Source: an uncultured Acidobacteriota bacterium (GTDB lineage Bacteria; Acidobacteriota; Thermoanaerobaculia; UBA5066; Gp7-AA6). Taken from it: a DNA stretch of 64,000 bases. The notes below the pieces were generated by a model. It saw only the letters and a list, made by a program, of their open reading frames with translations. It was not told the origin of the DNA and did no database searches. Positions 57,473 through 64,000 of this stretch are shown one piece after another. Made by a program: the position numbers and the translations under genes. Every line of letters begins with the position of its first letter. Positions within the stretch are counted from its first letter, which is position 1. The stretch is taken from assembly GCA_963815655.1 (NCBI GenBank), contig CAWFHK010000001.1, positions 1,628,903 through 1,692,902 on the forward strand, in the 5' to 3' direction.

Positions 57473-60400
57473 TCATGGACTCGTGATCGCGTACACCATG
57501 TCGCCGACGAAGCGCTTGAACGACTCGTTCTCGACGAACTGCTTGTAGACCTGCGTGTCGTCCTTCAGCAGGTGCTGCATCACCTTGCCGAGCGCCTGGT
57601 CGTGCGCCATGCGCGCGGTGTGCGGCGTGTTCTCCTTCGCGTTCTGGTAGGCCGCGTCGGCGGCGACCTTCGGCGCGATGTCGTCGCGGATGCGCTTCGC
57701 GACCCGGTCGGTGTCGGTGAACAGCGTGCCGAACTGCTCGTTGAACGTCTTGAGGATGTTGCTCAGGCGATCCAGCTCGGGCTCGGGCTTGTGGCCGCCG
57801 CGCATCCGTCGGCACCGGCTCGATCTCGGCGTCCTGCGTCCGCCAGCGCGATCTTCATCGCCGCCTTCTTCTCGACGCGGTAGCTGTCCATGTCGATGGC
57901 TTCGAGGATGCCCTTGGAGAGGTCCTCCTCCTTCGGCGCCGGCAGCTTGGGCGTCAGCAGGTTGAGGAAGATCGAGAGCTTCTCCCACTCGGCGTTGCTG
58001 TACGGGAATCACCGACGACGAGGAAGCCGTAGGTGCGGCAGAACACCTTGGCCTTGCCCTTGAAGTCCACCTGGCCGTCCTCGTCGAGCCTGTCCACGTA
58101 GACCGCCACGCAGGCATCGAGGATCGGGTCGAGCTTGTCGCGGTCCGCGCCGCCGAGGAACAGCTCCACCACCTGCTGCACCTGCTCCGGCGAATACACC
58201 TGCGCGGCATCCAGCGCCGCCTTCAGGTCGTGCAGCTTGTTCGGGTCGGTCTCCTCGGCGAGCAGCGTGGTGCGGTAGTAGTCCTGGAAGGCGAAGGTGA
58301 TCGCCTCGCTGTTGTTCTGGAAGTCGAGCACGAAGCAGTCGTGCTTCTGCGGGTGCGCGCGGTTGAGCCGCGACAAGCGTCTGCACGGCCTTGATGCCCG
58401 AGAGCGGCTTGTCCACGTACATCGTGTGCAGCAGCGGCTCGTCGTAGCCGGTCTGGAACTTGTCGGCGCAGATCAGGAAGCGGTACGGGTCGGTCTGGAT
58501 CTTGCCGGCGATGTCGCCGCTCGAGAAACCGTTGAGCGACACCTCGCTGACCTTCGCGCCGCCGTACTCGTGCTCGCCCGAGAAGGCGACGATCGCCTGG
58601 TACGGGCTCTTGCGCTCCACGAGATACGCCTTGAAGGCGTGGAAGTACTGGATGGCCCGCTCGATGCCGCTCGTGACCACCATCGCCCGCGCCTGGCCGC
58701 CGATCTTCCCGGCCGCCATCACCTGCTCGTGGAAGTGGTCCACCATGATCTCGGCCTTGAGCCGGATCGCGTGGTCGTGGCTCTCGACGTACCGGCGCAG
58801 CTTCTTCTGCGCCTTCTTGGTGTCGAACTCCGGGTCGTCCTCGGTCTTCTTGACCAGCTTGTAGTAGCTGTCCACCGGCGTGTAGCTCTTGAGCACGTCG
58901 AGGATGAAGCCCTCCTCGATCGCCTGCTTCATCGTGTAGCTGTGGAAGGGCCGGTGCTTGACCTTGCCCTCGGCGTCGGGCGGCAGCGGCTCGCCGAACA
59001 TCTCCAGCGTCTTGTTCTTGGGCGTGGCGGTGAAGGCGAAGTAGCTGGCGTTGGTCAGCATCTTGCGCGCCGCCATGCGCTTCTCGAGCGCCTCGTTCAC
59101 CGTGTCTTCGGGGTCGGGTCCCGCGTCCTCGTCCTCCGCCGGCGCGCCGAGCGCCTGGCTCATCGCCGCCGAGGTCTTGCCGCCCTGGCTGCGAGTGCGC
59201 CTCGTCGATGACGATGGCGAAGGTCTTGCCGCCCTCGGTCGCGATCTCGTCGAGGATGAAGGGGAACTTCTGCACCGTCGAGACGATGATCTTCTTCCCT
59301 TCCTCGATGAACTTGCGCAGGTCGCCGGAATGCTCGGCGTGGCCCACGGTCGCGCCCACCTGCATGAACTGCTTGATGGTCGTCTGGATCTGGTCGTCGA
59401 GCAGGCGCCGGTCGGTGACCACGATGACCGAGTCGAAGACCTCCTTGTCGTCGCGCTTCAGGCCGATGAGCTGGTGCGCGAGCCAGGCGATGGAGTTCGA
59501 CTTGCCGCTGCCCGCCGAGTGCTGGATCAGGTAGCGCTTGCCCGCGCCGTGGGCGCGCACGTCGGCCAGCGCCTGCCGCACCACGCCGAGCTGGTGGTAG
59601 CGCGGCCACACCTGCTTGCGCTTCTTCTTGCCGGTGCGCGGGTCCTTCTCCTCGACGATCTGCGCGTAGTTCTCGAGGATGTTGGTCAGCCCCGCCGGCG
59701 TGAGCACCTCTTTCCAGAGGTAGTCGGTCTTGAGGCCGTGCGGGTTGGGCGGGTTGCCCGCGCCGTCGTTGTAGCCCTTGTTGAAGGGCAGGAACCACGA
59801 GCCCTTGCCGCGCAAGCTCGGTGCACATCCGCACCTCGCTGTCGTCCACCGCGAAGTGCACCACGCAGCGGCCGAACTCGAACAGCCGCTCGCGCGGGTC
59901 GCGGTCGCGCTTGTACTGCTCGACGGCGTCCTCGACCGTCTGCTTGGTGAGGCTGTTCTTCAGCTCGAAGGTGGCGATGGGCAGGCCGTTGATGAACAGG
60001 CACAGGTCGAGCGCGCGGCGCGTCTCGTCCATGCTGTAGGCGAGCTGGCGCGTGATCGAGAAGCGGTTCTCGGCGTGCAGCGCCTCGGCCTTGGCGTTGC
60101 CCGGCGACGGCGTGCCGTAGAAGAGATCGAAGTGCACCGGCCCGTGCTCCACGCCCTTGCGCAGCACGTCGATGACGCCGCGCTTGCCGATCTCGCCGGA
60201 GAGGCGGGCGAGGAACTTGAGGCGGTTGATGTCCTTGGCGTCGTTCGCATCGGCCATCGCCAGCTTCTTGAACGCCTCGGGCTGCGTGGCGCGCAGGAAG
60301 GCGAAGAGCTGCGGCACGTCGAGCGCGTGGGCGCGGTCGTAGTCCTGCGGGCTGCCGGCGGTGTAGCCGGTGCCGCCGTAGGGCGGCGGCCGTTCGGCGA

Positions 60401-60491
60401 CCATGTTCGGGGCGACGGCGAGGCCGTCCGTGCCGGTCATGTGCCGCATGATCAGCGTTTCGAGGCCCTTCTCGCTGGTGTCGGTGGTCAT
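57473..60491 (-). CDS. hsdR: Type I restriction subunit R, several apparent frameshifts
   Basis: Pieces across frames: LDLCLFINGLPIATFELKN, QHSAGSGKS, IVIDEAHS, FTATPK, DKFQTGYDEP, SRLNRAHP. Confidence 0.88.
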
Positions 60492-61913
60492 ACGGCGGCC
60501 TCCTCGTCAGCGGCTTCGGTCTCGTCGCTCAGGTCGGCGTCGTCCTCGGCGGTGTCGAGCGGCGCTTCGTCGGGCAGCCGCGCCGCCGCCTCGCGCACAT
60601 CGAGCTTGCCGGTCACCACATCGGCGACGAGGCGGGTGCGGTATTCGCGGAGGAGTTCGATCTCGCGTTCGAGGCGGGAGATGGCGGTGTTCAACGCCGC
60701 GAGCTCGTGCTTCAGATCGCTCAACGATTCGCTTGCTGTTCTCGAATCGGCGGAAGCGGAACGCAGACATGTCGCCGAAGACGTTCGAGTGTGCAGACTC
60801 GCGTTGAATGTCACGCCTGCCTCGACAGCGCTGAGAAACTTGCTGAGCTCAGATCGGCAGCGAAGCCATGAAGGATGCATCAGCTCGACTTCGGAATGCA
60901 GCGACGTCATGACCGATGTCGCTGTGACAGGAATCGATCGTCACGGCAGTCGGAACGTGCCGCGAGCACCGATGTCCGCGAACGACGTCAACACGAGCCG
61001 TCGGCTTGATCAGCGACATGATGTCGCTCGATGCGCTGCATCCGTAGATGCGCGTCCTGCGTAGCTGAACGATCGTCGCGAACCTGTCATCTCCGTTCGG
61101 ACGTAACGCAGGCAATCCTCCGTCTTCGACCGATCACCGGCGCCGTGTTCGGAGTCACGTCACCAATCGTCGAAACCACAAACTTGATTCGCCGCACCTC
61201 CCAATGCTGCGGAATGTCGCCGAGCCAGGGGATGCCGGAGGGTTTGAGGGGGACGGAGGGGTCGAGGCCGCGGGTGACGGCGCGGTGGATGATGGCCTGC
61301 TTCTGCTCGTTGAGCAGCGCGATCACCTTCCGCTTCGCCCGGATCGCCCGCTCCAGCCGCCCGTTCGCCCAGTCCAGAAACCGCACAATCGCCGCCTGCT
61401 CGTCGGGCGGGGGGAGTGCGACGGGCATTCTCTTGAAGTGCGGAGAAGTCGAGGTTTTGGCGAAGCCCTGAGCCGTAGCCATAGATGGCCTTGCTGGTGT
61501 CCCAGACATGGAGCGAACTGGAAGCCGAAGTCCGCGATGACTCGCCGCGTTCGCTCGCAGCGCCACGTAGGCGAGCTGATGATCCCGCGATCTCGCACCA
61601 TCCCTGACACGCAGACTCGTGTGGTCATTCTGAAGATCGGTAGTACGAAGGACGATGTCGCCAGGATTGACGATTTGATAGGTCAGGAATGACTTGGTGA
61701 ACGAGTCCGTGGAGCTTCTCCGTAGGCTTGATCACGATGCGCGCCATAGCTGAGCGGAGAGTACGGTCTTCTCCGTCATTCCGTGGTTACGCTCGCTGGT
61801 TCGGCACGAAGGCACCAAAGTGCGGCTCGCATCTCCCAATGCCTCGGCACCTGCCCGAGCCACGGCAGTCCCGACTCCTTGTATTCCGGATACGGCTTGA
61901 GGTCGGCGATCAT
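60488..61913 (-). CDS. hsdS: Type I specificity subunit S; conserved regions intact, TRDs unreadable
   Basis: [38 protein letters not shown]...[36 protein letters not shown]. Confidence 0.85.
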
Positions 61914-63714
61914 CACAGCGTCTCGAACCATTGCTTGATCTTGAGCGCCATCAGCTTGCGCCGCTTCTTCGAGAAAGTCGTCGTAGGCGGGAATCTCGCC
62001 GTCGAGCAGCGACTCTGGCAAGCAGTGCATCCGCAGGTTAGCCCTCATGATCGAGTGACGTCGGTGATGCCGCCGTATTTCTTCTTGCCGCCCGCGCACT
62101 GCTCGGCCAGCTCCTTGAAGTAGATCTCCGGCGCCTTGTCGCCAATGGCGATGTTGATTTCGCTCTGGGCCAGCACGAAGTTGGCGATCTGGTTGTACTG
62201 GCCGCGTCGCAAGCCCCTGCTTCTTGAGATGTTTGCGCGGAAACACGTGGTGCACGTCGCTCCGGTTCATCAGCAGATCGTGCACCGTGATGTCGCGCGA
62301 GAGGAAGCCCTTGTCGCCGAGCTTCACCTGCGCCGCCTGGTAGGCGAGGAAGTACGGGCTGCTTGCCGACGAAGTATCCATCAACTGCGGCAGCATGCCG
62401 GTCCAGAAGCTCTCCGGGAGCTCGGTCTCGATGACCGCGTCGCAGTAGGCTACAAGCCCTCGCGCTTCGATCTGGCGGATGTCGAAGTCGAAGGCGGTCT
62501 CTGGGCTACCGGTGTAGCGCCCGCGGAGGATCGACATGCCGTACCAGCGCCGCACCAGCCGTTCGAGATCAGCGGCGGGCAGGTTCTCGGCGCGGCCGCG
62601 CAGGTAGAGAATGTAGGCGAAGTTGACGGCGTTCTGGCCGCCGATCAGATCGCTCGTCACAAAGCCCGCCGAGCGCAGGATCATCGTGATGCGGTCGAAA
62701 TGCGTCTGGTTGATGAAGCGCAGCATGCCTTGCTTCAGCTCGTCGAAGGATGCTTCGGCAATGGCTTCCTCATACTGCTTGGTCTCGAAGTTGCGGCCCG
62801 AAAGCAGCGCGACAAGGTCTGGCAAGCTTGCCGCGCCCGAACTCGGACGTGAACGCACACGGAGCATGTCGGTGTAGGTCGGATCGTAGATGTCGTCGTT
62901 GACATCCTTCAGCCAGCGCATCTGCGGGAAGAACTCAGAGGCAGCGAAGGCCTTGTCACCCTTCTCGATCCGCCCAAAGAACTCGGGCGCGACGGCAAGG
63001 TGGCAGAAGTAGTCGATCGCCTTGCGAAGCATGTTGCCGCCGTAGGTCTCGTTGGCGGCGATCTTCGACATGGCGAAGTCGGCCTGGGAAAGCTCAGCGC
63101 CGGCCGAGTTCACGCGGATGAAGATCTCGGTGACGGTCTCGATGTCGAGATCTTCGGCCAGTTCGATGACGCCGACGTGGTTGTTGACAATCTTCCGGAG
63201 CTTCTCGAGCACCTGAGAAACTCGCTTCTTCGTCAGCGGCGGGATTCGTCTCGGTGTAGTTGTCGGTGAGCTCGGTCAGGTTCGCGTCCGGGGCAAAGAC
63301 CTCTGCGACATCTTCGATCCAGGCGGCGTCTTTGCGGATGGCGGGGTTGGAGACCTCGAACTTCTCCTCCAGCGGATGGAAGGCGATGCGGATGCGGACG
63401 GTCTCATAGTCCTTGGTCAGCACCTCACGACCGAGAAGCGCCGCCATGAGCGCCGTGACCCGTTGCTGGCCGTCGATAAGAATGCGCTTGCCGGCGGAGG
63501 AGGTGCCGTCCTTGAGCTTCACAGTTGGGTTACGCCAGGCAATGAGATAGCCGACGGGATAGCCCTGATAGAGCGAGTCGAGCAGGTTGCGGACCTTGGT
63601 GGGCTCCCAAACGAACGGGCGCTGGATCTCGGGGATGGCGATCTCACCCGACTTGACCCAGGTGAGCAGCGTCTCGATCGGGTGCGGTGTAACGGAGTAG
63701 CGCTGGGTTGACAT
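61913..63714 (-). CDS. DUF262 (GmrS-like) protein with C-terminal HNH-like domain, frameshifted
   Basis: [32 protein letters not shown]. Ends [13 protein letters not shown]-coupled to hsdS. Confidence 0.85.
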
Positions 63715-64000
63715 GGTTTACCTCTCTCACCTTCAGCAAGCCATCCAGCAGCCCCTCGGCCTCTTTCTCGATGGCGAGGATGTCGGCGCTGATCTCTTCG
63801 AGCGTGCGCAGCGGCTGCGGCTTGTAGAAGTGCCGCGTGAAGCTGACCTCGTAGCCGATCTTGGTGGCGTCCTCCTTGATCCACGCGTCGGGCGTGTAGG
63901 GCAGCACCTCGCGGCGGATGAAGGCTTCGATGCCGCCGTCTTCCAGCAGCGGCACCTGCTCGGTGTCGCGCAGGTCGGAGTCGGGCTCGTACTCGACGAT
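63644..64000 (-). CDS. hsdM: Type I methyltransferase subunit M, C-terminal part
   Basis: [15 protein letters not shown]...[11 protein letters not shown]...[12 protein letters not shown]...RTLEEI. Confidence 0.88.
   Translation of the reverse strand: MVEYEPDSDLRDTEQVPLLEDGGIEAFIRREVLPYTPDAWIKEDATKIGYEVSFTRHFYKPQPLRTLEEISADILAIEKEAEGLLDGLLKVREVNHVNPALLRYTAPDRDAAHLGQVG

Noticed and set aside
57473-60491. Programmed frameshifting in hsdR
   Set aside because: About five scattered indels without slippery motifs; consensus error is simpler.

Overview
A high-GC (roughly 70% by eye) bacterial chromosome segment. Gene content and protein style suggest Acidobacteriota, possibly Thermoanaerobaculia (inference). 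Positions 1-51.6 kb hold mostly housekeeping and metabolic genes: infC (ATC start, missed by the ORF track), thrS, two tRNA-Val, pyrE, gdhA, trxC, pepP, a xylose-type ABC transporter, secreted peptidases and oxidases, fumA and ychF. The intergenic DNA is unusually rich in structured repeats: a five-copy, same-orientation 300-450 nt fold-back family with compensatory changes; a second covarying hairpin family; period-7 inverted microsatellites with a different heptamer at almost every locus; and an IS5/IS1182-like MITE. A receiver-like/PPDK ATP-grasp fusion protein lies next to gdhA. From 51.6 kb to the end is a defence island: three type II TA pairs plus a Fic gene bracketed by a ~57-bp direct repeat, DarTG, and a type I R-M locus with an inserted DUF262 gene. 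The island carries many frameshifts, probably consensus errors, concentrated in the hsdS target-recognition domains. All calls come from reading motifs by eye; no database search was run.
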